This document shows, in pieces, positions 50,957-62,445 of a stretch of DNA of 64,000 bases (position 1 is its first letter; each line of letters begins with the position of its first letter). The stretch lies in contig CAYGJS010000003.1 in the NCBI GenBank assembly GCA_964350435.1, forward strand, positions 39,168 to 103,167. The letters run 5' to 3'. The translations under genes were made by a program, and so were the position numbers. The notes below the pieces were generated by a model that was given only the letters and a program-made list of their open reading frames with translations, made no database searches and was not told the origin of the DNA. Origin of the DNA: an uncultured Micavibrio sp. GTDB lineage: Bacteria; Pseudomonadota; Alphaproteobacteria; Micavibrionales; Micavibrionaceae.

Positions 50957-52305
50957 TATGGCTTTCGCAGAAAATTCTTAGAATTATACAATCGGATCAC
51001 ATCGGTCAGTTTGTGCTTCGGGCTATATCCGGCGCTTTTGCGGTGAATATTGCCGGACGTTTGGTGAGCTTTGTTTTAATGGTTGTGCTTGCGCGATTGT
51101 TGGGCGTTCAGGATTTTGGTGTTTATGTATTGGCGTGGAGCTGGGGGCAGATATTATTGGTGTTTGCCAAGTTTGGCAGTGATGCCTCTGCTATGCGTTA
51201 CGTTTCTTTATATAAAGCCAAGGAGGAGTGGGGGCTGTTTCATGGGCATATGCGATATGGGGTGGGACTTGTTTTTTTAAAAAGTACCCTTCTTTTCGTG
51301 GTTTCGAGCGGCATTATTTGGTTTTATCGTGAGCAAATAGGCTTAGAGTTTTCTAAAACTTTGTTGATTGTGATGGTGCTTTTACCTGTGTTGAGCCTTG
51401 TGCATTTTTTGCAGGGTGCATTGCGGGCGTTTCGTTTGCCGGTTAAGGGGATGGTCTCGAACACGGTTTTACGTCCTTTGTTTCAGACGCTTTTGATTGG
51501 TGGCTTGTTTCTGTTTGGTGTTAAAGCGAGCGCGTCAGGAGCTATGTTTATGGCACTGGTTGCCAGCGTCTTTGCTTTGGGGCTTACGGGGTGGTGGTTG
51601 TTTAAGGAAGTTAAGGTCATTCCTAAAGTTTCTCGTCCGGTATATGAGGTGAAAGAGTGGTATAAATATGCTGCACTTATTCTTTTAATCGCCAGCGGCG
51701 ATATGATTTTTCGCCAGACCGATGTTGTGATGCTGGGGGCGTTGGCCGGTGCAGGGGAAGCCGGGCTTTATAGCGCGGCCTCAAGGATTGCGTATTTTGT
51801 CGTGTTTGGCGTGAGTGCCGCAAATTTTGTCGTTGCTCCTTTGATGTCAGAGTTTCATGCGGTTGAGGGGCATCGTAAAATGCAGAGGTTATTGACGCTT
51901 TCGGCGCAGATGATTTTTGCACTCGCCTTAGGCGTGTCAATGGTTATATGGATTGGGGGGCATTGGCTTTTAGGGTTTTTTGGTCAAGATTTTATTCAAG
52001 CGCAAGCAACGTTGAATATTCTGACCTTGGGACAGTTATGTGTGACGTTTGCAGGGCCTATCGGGTCTTTGATGATTATGACAGGTCATGAAAAATTTAC
52101 GTCCCGCGTTTTTGTGATGACGGCATTGGTTAACTTGGTTTTGAATGCATTGCTTATTCCATCTTATGGCAAGGAGGGGGCGGCGATTGCGACTGCTGTT
52201 TCCTTTATGTTGTGGAATATTATTTGCGTTGCCTATGTTGTGCGTTATCTCAAAATCAATCCAACACCTTTTTCTTTGGTGGGAGTTCATCGTGGGGCTG
52301 GATAA
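50953..52305 (+). CDS. wzx: polysaccharide flippase (Wzx, MOP superfamily)
   Basis: 450 aa with about 12 TM segments. ATGA overlap with the upstream gene. Polysaccharide-biosynthesis-protein-like layout. Confidence 0.75.
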   Translation: MIWLSQKILRIIQSDHIGQFVLRAISGAFAVNIAGRLVSFVLMVVLARLLGVQDFGVYVLAWSWGQILLVFAKFGSDASAMRYVSLYKAKEEWGLFHGHMRYGVGLVFLKSTLLFVVSSGIIWFYREQIGLEFSKTLLIVMVLLPVLSLVHFLQGALRAFRLPVKGMVSNTVLRPLFQTLLIGGLFLFGVKASASGAMFMALVASVFALGLTGWWLFKEVKVIPKVSRPVYEVKEWYKYAALILLIASGDMIFRQTDVVMLGALAGAGEAGLYSAASRIAYFVVFGVSAANFVVAPLMSEFHAVEGHRKMQRLLTLSAQMIFALALGVSMVIWIGGHWLLGFFGQDFIQAQATLNILTLGQLCVTFAGPIGSLMIMTGHEKFTSRVFVMTALVNLVLNALLIPSYGKEGAAIATAVSFMLWNIICVAYVVRYLKINPTPFSLVGVHRGAG

Positions 52306-53398
52306 TAATGAAAGAGCAAAAATTGCATTCTTCTTACCCGGGCTGAATGATGGCGGGGCGGAGCGTGTATTTGTCAATTTGTCTAAAGCATTTGCTCAGA
52401 GCGGATATGAGGTTGAGATTTTATTGCTTATTCGGCAGGGGCCTTATTTGTCGGAGATCCCTTCGGGTATAAAGATTGTTGAACTGGACCTTCGTGGTTT
52501 TAAGGCTTTTTGGTTGTTAATGAAATATGTACTTCAGCATAGGCCGCGCGTCATTATTTCCGCGTTGCCTGCGGCGAATATTTTGGCGTCCACTTTGAGA
52601 GTTATATTTAAAGATGTTCGTGTGGTGGTGACTGAGCACGCTTTTTTCAGTGTTTATAGGCGGATAGCGTATCATTGGAAAACGCGGATGCGTAACCGCA
52701 TAATGAGGCAAGTTTTGAGGTTTTCGGATCGATATGTGGCCGTCTCAAACGGTGCTGCGGATGATTTGGCCTCTGAAACGGGGATTCCGAGAGATCAGAT
52801 AGATGTGATTTATAATCCTCTGGATCTTGACGATATTGACGTTAAGGCGAGCGAGGAGGTCGGGCATCCTTGGCTGAAAAATAAAGATATACCTGTCATT
52901 CTTTCTGCCGGGCGGTTGCAGGCACCAAAGGATTTTTCAACGCTTTTTAAGGCGGTTAAAGAGATATCTGATCTGCGGTTGATTATATTGGGGCGGGGGG
53001 CTTTGGAGGGAAGTTTAAAAGCGGAGGTTGAGGCTTTGGGGATTTCTGATCGTGTTGATTTTGCTGGATTTGTGATTAATCCTTATGCCTATATGAGTAA
53101 GGTGGATATTTTTGTTTTATCGTCGCATTATGAGGGGTTTGGGTATGTTCTGGTCGAGGCTATGGCTTGTGGTACCCCTGTGCTGTCAAGCGATTGTCCT
53201 GGCGGGCCGACGGAAATTCTGGAAGGGGGAGTGTATGGTACACTGGTTCCCGTCGGTGATGTAGAGGCAATGGTTCAAGGCATTCGAGCGGGGCTCAGCG
53301 CTCCGGTTTCTTCGGAAGTTTTAAAAAAGCGTGCAAAGGATTTTGCTTTGGAGAAAATCGTGTCACAATACGAAAAAATTATTCAGGAATGTTTATAA
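52292..53398 (+). CDS. glycosyltransferase family 4
   Basis: KIAFFLPGLNDGGAERV N-terminus and SSHYEGFGYVLVEAMACGTPVLSSDCPGGPTEIL (E-X7-E). A GTG at 52292 is the likeliest start. The track ORF from 52145 overlaps wzx. Confidence 0.82.
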   Translation: MGLDNNERAKIAFFLPGLNDGGAERVFVNLSKAFAQSGYEVEILLLIRQGPYLSEIPSGIKIVELDLRGFKAFWLLMKYVLQHRPRVIISALPAANILASTLRVIFKDVRVVVTEHAFFSVYRRIAYHWKTRMRNRIMRQVLRFSDRYVAVSNGAADDLASETGIPRDQIDVIYNPLDLDDIDVKASEEVGHPWLKNKDIPVILSAGRLQAPKDFSTLFKAVKEISDLRLIILGRGALEGSLKAEVEALGISDRVDFAGFVINPYAYMSKVDIFVLSSHYEGFGYVLVEAMACGTPVLSSDCPGGPTEILEGGVYGTLVPVGDVEAMVQGIRAGLSAPVSSEVLKKRAKDFALEKIVSQYEKIIQECL

Positions 53399-53410
53399 GA
53401 AAGTGCGTTA

Positions 53411-54445
53411 ATGTTTAAAGATCATTTAAAATATTTGCGGTGTCCTGTTACGGGGTCTGAATTGACTTTGAGTGTGGAGCAGGAAGAGAGCGGACAGGTT
53501 AAAACCGGCGTTTTGAAGAATAATGACGGTTCTTGTGAATACCCCATTAAAGGATTTATTCCCCGGTTTGTGCCAGAGAGTAATTATGCGGATAATTTTG
53601 GCCTTGAGTGGAAGACGCATTCCCGTACGCAGTATGACAGCACATCAGGGCTACCGTTATCGGAAACCCGATTTTTTGAGGCAACTAAATGGCCGAGGGA
53701 TTTGAAGGGAGAAATTATTCTTGAATGCGGTTCTGGTTCAGGCCGTTTTACGGAGTGGGCACTTTCGACCGGTGCTATGGTGGTGTCTTTGGATTTTTCG
53801 GCTGCTGTTGAGGCTAACTTTGAATCGAATGGGCAGAACCCGAATTTGCTGCTGGTGCAGGCTAGTATTTATGAGATGCCTTTTGAAAAAGAATTTGCCG
53901 ATAAGGTTTTCTGTTTTGGCGTGATCCAGCATACGCCGGATGCGAAGAAGACCTTTATGGCCTTGCTTGAGCCATTAAAGCCCGGCGGACATTTGGCAAC
54001 TGATATTTACCGCCTATCATTGCGGACGGTGATTGGAACGCGGGCAATGTTCCGCGTCTTTACCAGTCGTATGGAGCACAATAAACTTCATAAATTTGTG
54101 CATTCCTATGTTGATTTCTGGTGGCCGGTGGTGCGTTTGCTTCGTAAGGTGCCTAATGATTGGGGCGTTATCTTTACGCGCAAGGCACTGAATATTGCGG
54201 ATCATGCTCATGCGGGACTGAAAGGTGCGCCGGATGAACAACTTAAAGAATGGGCTTATTTGAATACGTATGACCGGATGAGCGCGCGGTATGAAAATTC
54301 CCAGACTTTGGGGGTGTTTAGAAAATGGCATGAAGAGGCGGGACTGCAAAATATTGAAGTTCATCCCGGGTATAATGGCATTGAAGGGCGGGGGCAAAAA
54401 AAAGCTGCTTCAATGCTCGTAAAAAATCAGGAGAAGGCCGCATGA
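53411..54445 (+). CDS. class I SAM-dependent methyltransferase with an N-terminal Trm112-like zinc-ribbon segment
   Basis: LRCPVTGSEL at the N-terminus. Motif I ILECGSGSGRFTEW. Confidence 0.78.
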   Translation: MFKDHLKYLRCPVTGSELTLSVEQEESGQVKTGVLKNNDGSCEYPIKGFIPRFVPESNYADNFGLEWKTHSRTQYDSTSGLPLSETRFFEATKWPRDLKGEIILECGSGSGRFTEWALSTGAMVVSLDFSAAVEANFESNGQNPNLLLVQASIYEMPFEKEFADKVFCFGVIQHTPDAKKTFMALLEPLKPGGHLATDIYRLSLRTVIGTRAMFRVFTSRMEHNKLHKFVHSYVDFWWPVVRLLRKVPNDWGVIFTRKALNIADHAHAGLKGAPDEQLKEWAYLNTYDRMSARYENSQTLGVFRKWHEEAGLQNIEVHPGYNGIEGRGQKKAASMLVKNQEKAA

Positions 54446-55170
54446 AAATTCTGCTTTCATTTTTTCGTGGCCTTAAGGCAAAGCTCTGGGCTTTATCTCT
54501 GAAAGGTAAAAACCCCGAAGATATTTTCACTGCTATTTATCAAAAGAATAAGTGGCAGGATGGAGAAAGTGTTTCGGGGCCAGGTTCTACACTTGACGAA
54601 ACGGCTCACTTGCGTCCTGCGCTTGAGAAGCTTTTTAAGGAGCGCGCTATTAATACTATTATTGATGTGCCGTGCGGGGATTTTAATTGGTTTCGGGAGA
54701 TGTCTTATGCTTTCGAACATTATATCGGTTACGATATTGTGGAACCGTTGATCGAAAAAAATCGTGAAAATTACGGCTCTGACAGTTATAAATTTGAAAA
54801 AAAGGATTGTCTGAGTGAGCCTCTGGTTGCGGCTGATTTACTGTTTTGCCGGGATTTATTGCTGCATCTTGCGACGGCGGATATCTTTAGGTTCTTTCAA
54901 AACTTCCTTCGGGCTGACATTCCCTTGCTTTTGATTTCTCATGCGATTGGCGTTGAGAATAAAGAGATTGTAACGGGGCAGGGGCGCCTTGTAAATTTAA
55001 CGGACGCGCCCTTTAATTTGCCGGAGCCGGAAGTCATTATCATGGAAAACTCTGCTGTATTTGACGGAAAATATAAAGATATCCGCTGTATGGCACTTTG
55101 GACAAAAGAGTCCATTGCCGAAGCCTTGGCAGAAAACACTCATTTTAACGCTTTAAAGAAAGCCGCATAA
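54442..55170 (+). CDS. probable class I SAM-dependent methyltransferase
   Basis: 242 aa. KNKWQDGESVSGPGSTLDET and IIDVPCGDFNW resemble a methyltransferase family seen in O-antigen loci. ATGA coupling to the upstream gene. Tentative. Confidence 0.5.
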   Translation: MKILLSFFRGLKAKLWALSLKGKNPEDIFTAIYQKNKWQDGESVSGPGSTLDETAHLRPALEKLFKERAINTIIDVPCGDFNWFREMSYAFEHYIGYDIVEPLIEKNRENYGSDSYKFEKKDCLSEPLVAADLLFCRDLLLHLATADIFRFFQNFLRADIPLLLISHAIGVENKEIVTGQGRLVNLTDAPFNLPEPEVIIMENSAVFDGKYKDIRCMALWTKESIAEALAENTHFNALKKAA

Positions 55171-55173
55171 ACA

Positions 55174-56154
55174 ATGTCAGCTTTGTCGAAAGTTAAACGG
55201 ATTCCGCAATTCTTGACTGACCCAGATTTTCGGAAAGATGTCCTGCGCCGTCGTCTTTTATATCCGTTGCTTGTAGGGTTTATTCGTCGATTTTTTCCTA
55301 ACATCAAATACTTTACAGTTGATGACGGTCAAAGTTTATTCACTTCTAAAATGCACGACCGGGGGACGTCTTGGTCCTTGCTGGTTTCCGGTCATTTGGA
55401 TAAGGATCATTTTCACACCTCTCTGGCGTTGGCTGAAAAAGAGGGGCGTCTTAAAAAGAACGGGAATAATATTTTTGTTGATGCGGGCGGGAATATCGGA
55501 ACGCATACGATTTATGCTTTGCGCTCAGGGTATTTTGATACAGTTATTGCTATTGAGCCTCATCCTGAGAGCTTTAAACTTCTGGAGCAGAATATTGCGG
55601 CAAATGGTTTTTCTGATCGGTGCCGGTTATTTCAATGTGCGCTTGGGAACGTAGCGGGCGAGGTTGATTTTGAAGTGGACGAGGAGCATTCGGGCGATCA
55701 TCGGGTTAAGGTTGAAGGGCAGGGGTTAGTTCAATGCAGTGCCAGCGGGCTGAGAAATGAGTCGGCGCGTTCTGTCATTAAAGTGCCGATGCGGACTTTG
55801 GATGAGGTTATGGCGGAGTCTAAGGTTTCTAAATTTGATAATGTGTTTGTGTCGATTGATGTGCAGGGGTTTGAAGGACATATCTTGGATGGAGCGCATA
55901 AGATGATTAAGGGTGGTGCGGTTTTTTGTATTGAGTTCTGGCCTTACGGTTTGAACTATGCAGGCGCGGCGGAGTATTTAAACCGTATTATTAAAGATAA
56001 TTTTTCTTATTATTATGATGTGCGGGATGCTCTTGATTCCTCGCCGATTGCGGCAGCAGATATTCAAAAGTCTTATGAGCGTTATCAGGCTTTAAAGTTT
56101 ACGGATTTGCTTTTGGTGCAGGATCGTCCTAAGGCTTCTAAAAAAGTGGCCTAG
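55174..56154 (+). CDS. FkbM family methyltransferase
   Basis: FVDAGGNIGTHTIYAL...AIEPHPESFKLLEQNI...IDVQGFEGHILDGA. Confidence 0.8.
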   Translation: MSALSKVKRIPQFLTDPDFRKDVLRRRLLYPLLVGFIRRFFPNIKYFTVDDGQSLFTSKMHDRGTSWSLLVSGHLDKDHFHTSLALAEKEGRLKKNGNNIFVDAGGNIGTHTIYALRSGYFDTVIAIEPHPESFKLLEQNIAANGFSDRCRLFQCALGNVAGEVDFEVDEEHSGDHRVKVEGQGLVQCSASGLRNESARSVIKVPMRTLDEVMAESKVSKFDNVFVSIDVQGFEGHILDGAHKMIKGGAVFCIEFWPYGLNYAGAAEYLNRIIKDNFSYYYDVRDALDSSPIAAADIQKSYERYQALKFTDLLLVQDRPKASKKVA

Positions 56155-56909
56155 AAATGGTATTTAAATAGTTTCAAGTCTTTCGCGTATCTTTTTGCAA
56201 TTTCCTCTTTCGCTGTGTCGCTATAGACATCTTTGTAGCTTTTATTCGCTTCAGATTTGAAGCCTTTATGGGGCAGGGGCGTGTGCTGGATCCCGATTTT
56301 TTTGCAAATGGTTTCCCAATCTTTATCTAGGTTTTCGTATTGGCCGACAAAGTCGCAAATTGCGTTATCTTTGTTGTTGTATAAGAACTCATGTTGGGAG
56401 AGCCAATGCCGGTCGGCGAAGCTATCGCTTCCTTCTTCTGTGTTGAGCCATACGGCGAATTCATTAAAAGACATTCCCGGTTTCAGATTTTTGTAAAAAC
56501 TCATGATACGCGCTTGTTTTCCCGGAACAGCATCCAGAACTTTGCTATTATAGCAAGATAAGGCGCGGGCATAGGGGTTGCGGGTAAAGGAAAAGGTGAA
56601 GTAATCGGGGTAATTTTCAAGGATTTTCTTGAAATCTGCGGCGGTTTCAAACCAATCGGCTTCATAGTTTTCTTGTTCTTTTTCGAAAAGTTTCATGAAG
56701 CTGCGCGTTGCTGTTTTTGGGATGCCTATATAGATGAATTTATGTTTGTGAGAAATGACGGTGAGGCAGGTCAGATCTTTTTTGGCTTTGATGCCCAGAA
56801 GTTTTACGCCATGCATAAAGGCGTAGTTAAAAGCGTTTACGGTATAGAATCCTATTTTTCCCTGATGTGAAATCCAGTAATAGATTTTTCGGATCGGTTT
56901 TGGAAGCAT
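56151..56909 (-). CDS. sulfotransferase family 2 protein
   Basis: 5'-PSB-like IGIPKTATRSF and 3'-PB-like TRNPYARALSCY motifs. The start abuts the asnB stop. Confidence 0.7.
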   Translation of the reverse strand: MLPKPIRKIYYWISHQGKIGFYTVNAFNYAFMHGVKLLGIKAKKDLTCLTVISHKHKFIYIGIPKTATRSFMKLFEKEQENYEADWFETAADFKKILENYPDYFTFSFTRNPYARALSCYNSKVLDAVPGKQARIMSFYKNLKPGMSFNEFAVWLNTEEGSDSFADRHWLSQHEFLYNNKDNAICDFVGQYENLDKDWETICKKIGIQHTPLPHKGFKSEANKSYKDVYSDTAKEEIAKRYAKDLKLFKYHF

Positions 56910-58703
56910 TTACATCCATTCCTTATGCCAAGATTGGTACATGAGGATTGTCCAAAGGAGGTGGCCATAATCTTTGTTGCCGCTTTGGTGCTCATCCCAA
57001 ATTTTACGTGTTTTAGCCATGTTCAAGAGCTCATTATCTTGTTTTATCATCTCGTGTGCCCAGTCTTTTAAAGGGCCGCGCAGCCATTCCTGATGCGGGA
57101 TGGAAAACCCTTGTTTGGGGCGATTAATGAGATGTTCGGGCAGGTATCGTCCTAGAAGGGATTTGAGGAGAGACTTTTGGCGGCGTATGTGTAGGGGGAG
57201 GGTCCAGGCGAATTCTATGATGTTTTTGTCGAGTAGGGGGGAGCGAACCTCTAGGGATACGGCCATGGAGACCCTGTCGACTTTTGTGAGAACGTCCCCG
57301 GGTAGGAACATGGTGCTGTCATATGCCATTAAGCCGCCGTTCATTTTATCGATGGGGAGGGGCAAGGGGCTGGGCACGAAATTTAACAGGTTTTCAGTTT
57401 GCCAATAACTGTGCAGTGCAGCGTATTGTTCTTGTGGGCTTCCGGCTTTTAGAATTGAGGCAATTTTGCGGATTTGTGGTGAGAGCGGTCGGGCGGAGAG
57501 CAGGGTGCCGGCAAGGTTGCGCAAGGGTAGGGCGCGCAGTTTCCTGGCGCGTTCATACCAGCTATAGCCGCCGAAGCTTTCATCGCCGCCATCGCCGCTT
57601 AAGGCTACGGTCATGTTTTGTCGTGCCAGGCGGCAGACATGGTATGTGGGGATTGCTGAAGGGTCGGCAAAGGGTTCGTCAAAAATTTTAGGCAGGATAT
57701 TGATGGTATCCAGTGCTTCGTTTGCTTTCACAGTGACTTCTGTGTGCTCCGTTCCTAGGTAATCGGCGATTTGGCGCGCGTAGGTGGCTTCGTTGTATTT
57801 TTTATCTTCAAAGGCGATTGTGAAGGTGCTGGTTTTTTGATGTTGCTGCATCATGGCGACTATAAGTGAGGAATCTACGCCCCCTGAAAGGAAGGCACCC
57901 AGAGGGACATCGGTCATCAATCGTTTTTCTGTTGCGTTTTTCAGGAGAGCGTTTAGAGCGTTTTCTGCATTTTCTTTACTGCCGTTAAAGCTTGGCGGCG
58001 CGTTTGTTATATCAGTCAGTGACCAATAGGCTTTGATCTCGGTTTTATTGGGGGTGCCTATATTTACGGTCAGCATGTGTCCGGGCGGAAGTTTTTGAAA
58101 TCCTTCAAAGATGCAATAGGGATCGGGCACGTAGCGCCATTGAAAATACAGGGCGGCAACATCGCGATTTAGAGCTGGTTTTTTGTTAAGAGCAGGGAGG
58201 ATGGCTTTTATTTCTGAGGCAAAATAAAAGCCGTTACTGTCATGACCGTAATAGAGAGGTTTTTTTCCTATTCGGTCGCGTGCCAGGTGGAGGAGGTTTT
58301 GTTTTTTGTCGTATACGGCGAAAGCGAACATTCCGTTCAGGGCGGTCAGTGCCTCATTTATTCCCCATATTTCCAGTGCGGCGAGGATCGTTTCCGTATC
58401 TGTGTTGCCTTTGAATCTATAATTATTGTTCTCCAGTTTGAGGCGCAGGGCCTGGTAGTTATAAATTTCTCCGTTAAATGTGATGACATAGCGACCGGAG
58501 TTAGAGGTCATAGGTTGTTTGCCGTTTTCGGAAAGGTCAATGATTGAAAGTCGGTTGTGATTCAGGGAGAGAGTTTTGCAGTCGCTTGTCCATGATCCTG
58601 ACATATCCGGTCCGCGATGGGTGAGGGGGGTCAGCATTTTTTGTGCTTTGCCGCCTATATCTAGATTTTTGTTTTTACTGATAAGACCAGAGACGCCGCA
58701 CAT
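56910..58703 (-). CDS. asnB: asparagine synthase (glutamine-hydrolysing) family amidotransferase
   Basis: 597 aa. Ntn nucleophile MCG and PP-loop SGGVDSS. Confidence 0.9.
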   Translation of the reverse strand: MCGVSGLISKNKNLDIGGKAQKMLTPLTHRGPDMSGSWTSDCKTLSLNHNRLSIIDLSENGKQPMTSNSGRYVITFNGEIYNYQALRLKLENNNYRFKGNTDTETILAALEIWGINEALTALNGMFAFAVYDKKQNLLHLARDRIGKKPLYYGHDSNGFYFASEIKAILPALNKKPALNRDVAALYFQWRYVPDPYCIFEGFQKLPPGHMLTVNIGTPNKTEIKAYWSLTDITNAPPSFNGSKENAENALNALLKNATEKRLMTDVPLGAFLSGGVDSSLIVAMMQQHQKTSTFTIAFEDKKYNEATYARQIADYLGTEHTEVTVKANEALDTINILPKIFDEPFADPSAIPTYHVCRLARQNMTVALSGDGGDESFGGYSWYERARKLRALPLRNLAGTLLSARPLSPQIRKIASILKAGSPQEQYAALHSYWQTENLLNFVPSPLPLPIDKMNGGLMAYDSTMFLPGDVLTKVDRVSMAVSLEVRSPLLDKNIIEFAWTLPLHIRRQKSLLKSLLGRYLPEHLINRPKQGFSIPHQEWLRGPLKDWAHEMIKQDNELLNMAKTRKIWDEHQSGNKDYGHLLWTILMYQSWHKEWM

Positions 58704-58796
58704 TTGGTAGATTTATTTCTTTTTCTAAGGTGTTATTTACTATAGACTATACAAAAGTTTCCTGCGTATCCAATCCTTTACAAACTTCATCAACTT

Positions 58797-60101
58797 ATGA
58801 TTTTTTCCGTGCCTTTTCGGTATTTATTTTTGTCAGTCTTCATTTTGTCTTTTGTGCCCGCAGCTTTGAGGGCGCAGGAGTTGCAGAGTCGTGTCTTCGG
58901 GTTTGATGACGAGCTTGTCATAGGGGATATCAAGTTTAACCCTTTTAATTACATTCCGCCGCCGATGCATTGGGGGTCGTTTAAAGTTTCGCCTAAGCTG
59001 GATTTAGAACAGAAATATACAGATAATGTGCTGGCGACGGAAACGCAGCAACAATCTGATTTTGTAACGCGTGTCATTCCCTCGGTAAAGGTGAGTAAAG
59101 AACTGGGGCGTCATAAAGCCGGTTTTCAGGGGCGGGCGAGTCTGCAAAAAGCCTGGGAGCAGACTTCGGAAGATATACATGATTTTTATCTGGGTGGGGC
59201 AGCCCTTTTGGAAGGCACTCATAGTTTAAAGTTTCCGGTTTTTGCGAGTTATCAGTTGGAGCATACCGCAAGGGAAAACCAGCGGGTTGATTACTCCGAA
59301 TTGACCGTTCATCCGGTTGAGAGCACTTTGGGGCAGGTGCAGGCCGGGTTTGTGTTGAAGCCCAATCGTTTATCTTTGCAGATGTTGGGAACCTATCAGC
59401 AGCGTCGTTATAAGAATGATAGTTTTATAGCGGGGGGCGAGGCTGTTTTTGATGACAGAGATTTTGATACTTTAAAGCTTGATGCTGAGATTGCTTATGA
59501 GGCTCAGGCTAATTGGAGGCCTTTTATCAAGTTCACGGGGGGGCGGGATGCGTATTTGCGGCGCAGTTACCTCACTGCGTCAAACTCTTATAGCGGTCTT
59601 GAGAGAAGTAATGATTTAAAGCGCGTTTTGATTGGTAGTGATTTTAATTATAAGGGTTTGGTTTACGGTGAATTCGGTGTCGGTTTGGAGAACAGAAATT
59701 ATGATAACCCTCTTATTGAATCTGTCTCTATAGTGTCTGTTTCCAATAAGATTAATTGGGAACCGATTGAGAAGGCGAAGCTGACTCTTAATCTTTTTCA
59801 GGGAACCTCTGAAGATAATATTATAAGCGCGGGTATCAAGAAATCTGTGGCCGGTTTGCTTATGGATTATGAACTGCAGCACGATTTGTTTTTACGCGGT
59901 AATTTATTATACCAAAATGAGAACTTTGTTGATTCAACGCGGGTTGATAAGACATATGGTGCTGGTGTTGAACTTAAGTATTTTCTTACACCCAATTTTC
60001 ATTTGGGGGGTGGGTATAATTATGGTATGCGCGATAGCAATCAGGCTGGGTCTAGCTATAATCAAAACAGTTTCATATTTAAAGTGACAGGGGCATTTTA
60101 A
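58797..60101 (+). CDS. outer-membrane beta-barrel protein (polysaccharide-locus-associated, putative beta-barrel porin-2-like)
   Basis: Signal peptide ending ALRAQE. Alternating beta-strand pattern. C-terminal ...FIFKVTGAF with a terminal Phe. Confidence 0.6.
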   Translation: MIFSVPFRYLFLSVFILSFVPAALRAQELQSRVFGFDDELVIGDIKFNPFNYIPPPMHWGSFKVSPKLDLEQKYTDNVLATETQQQSDFVTRVIPSVKVSKELGRHKAGFQGRASLQKAWEQTSEDIHDFYLGGAALLEGTHSLKFPVFASYQLEHTARENQRVDYSELTVHPVESTLGQVQAGFVLKPNRLSLQMLGTYQQRRYKNDSFIAGGEAVFDDRDFDTLKLDAEIAYEAQANWRPFIKFTGGRDAYLRRSYLTASNSYSGLERSNDLKRVLIGSDFNYKGLVYGEFGVGLENRNYDNPLIESVSIVSVSNKINWEPIEKAKLTLNLFQGTSEDNIISAGIKKSVAGLLMDYELQHDLFLRGNLLYQNENFVDSTRVDKTYGAGVELKYFLTPNFHLGGGYNYGMRDSNQAGSSYNQNSFIFKVTGAF

Positions 60102-60118
60102 TTAGGGCACCGCCCTAA
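60102..60118 (+). terminator. hairpin immediately after the OMP gene (possible terminator)
   Basis: TTAGGGC-acc-GCCCTAA. There is no clear T-tract. Confidence 0.35.
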
Positions 60119-60257
60119 ATGTGATAATATATATTATGGAAAATAATATATTGCGTTCTTGAGGGGGCAATCGTTATTCTTTATGCAAGCTGCGCTTGCT
60201 TCACGCGCAAATATGGGCTATCCGAGTACCTTAATGTTTGATTTGTTATCATTGTAA

Positions 60258-61304
<1,047 letters not shown>

Positions 61305-61314
61305 GGGGTTTTGT

Positions 61315-62445
61315 GTGCTCCCATACGGTAGACAATCCATTGATGAAGACGATATTGAAGCCGTGGCGGCTGTGCTGCGCGGTGATTTTTTGACGACCGG
61401 GCCTAAGGTTGCGGAGTTTGAAGAATCTATCAAGGTGGCAACGGGGGCGCCTCACGTGGTGGCGTGTTCAAACGGGACAACGGCATTGCATTTGGCGGCG
61501 ATTGCTTTGGGAATAAGCGAAGGCGATGATGTTATCGTCCCTACTCTCACGTTTTTGGCCACCGCAAATGCCCTGCGGTATACAGGCGCGAATGTGGTTT
61601 TTGCCGATGTTGACCCCGAAACGGGTTTGATGGGGGCGGAGCATCTTAAGGAGGCTCTTACCCGCGCGAAGAATCCGAAGGCTGTCTTTCCTGTGCATTT
61701 GACGGGGCAAGCGGTGGAATTGAAATCACTTAAAGCCGCGGCGCCCGCATTGAAGATGGTTGCGGATTCGTGTCATGCGCTTGGCGGCGTATATAACGGC
61801 GCGCTGATTGGGGCGTGTCAGACCGAGGATATGGCTACGTTTTCGTTTCATCCCGTGAAGACCATTGCAACGGGTGAAGGCGGCGCGATTACGACGAATA
61901 ATGCGGAGCATGCAGCGTTGATGCGCAGGCTTCGCTCGCATGGCATGGCCCCTGCCCCTGAGGTTGGGCCTTGGGCATATGAGATGCAGGATTTGGGTTA
62001 TAATTACCGCATTACCGATTTTCAGTGCGCCTTGGGATTATCGCAGATGTCGAAGCTGGGTGCTTTCGTGAAGAAGCGTCGGGAACTGGCGGATTATTAT
62101 GACGAGATTTTAAGCGGTGTTTCGGAGCATATTCACCCCCCTGCTCTGCTGGATGCGAGCAATACGGGGCTTCATCTTTATGCGCCGCGGTTTGATTTTG
62201 GGGGGCTTGAGATTTCACGCGCCGCGTTTATGGATGCGCTTCGCGCGCGCGGGGTTGGCACGCAGGTTCATTACATCCCTGTGCATACGCAGCCCTATTA
62301 TAAAAATCTTTATGGAAGCCTTGAGTTAGAAGGCGCGCAGGCCTATTATGAGCGCACTTTGTCGCTGCCGCTGTATCCTGCGATGGAAAAGGCCGACGTA
62401 GAATTTGTTGTTAACCAGATTAAAGACATTATTGGAGCATCTTAA
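61315..62445 (+). CDS. pseC: DegT/DnrJ/EryC1-family aminotransferase, PseC/FlmB-like
   Basis: The GTG at 61315 gives (M)LPYGRQSIDEDDIEAV. FSFHPVKTIATGEGG contains the PLP lysine. The track ORF from 61147 overlaps pseB. Confidence 0.85.
   Translation: MLPYGRQSIDEDDIEAVAAVLRGDFLTTGPKVAEFEESIKVATGAPHVVACSNGTTALHLAAIALGISEGDDVIVPTLTFLATANALRYTGANVVFADVDPETGLMGAEHLKEALTRAKNPKAVFPVHLTGQAVELKSLKAAAPALKMVADSCHALGGVYNGALIGACQTEDMATFSFHPVKTIATGEGGAITTNNAEHAALMRRLRSHGMAPAPEVGPWAYEMQDLGYNYRITDFQCALGLSQMSKLGAFVKKRRELADYYDEILSGVSEHIHPPALLDASNTGLHLYAPRFDFGGLEISRAAFMDALRARGVGTQVHYIPVHTQPYYKNLYGSLELEGAQAYYERTLSLPLYPAMEKADVEFVVNQIKDIIGAS

Noticed and set aside
58797-60101. Beta-barrel OMP considered as the TolC-like outer-membrane component for the RTX proteins.
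   Set aside because: The sequence shows beta-strand alternation throughout and lacks the long alpha-helical repeats of TolC-family proteins. It better fits a polysaccharide-locus beta-barrel.
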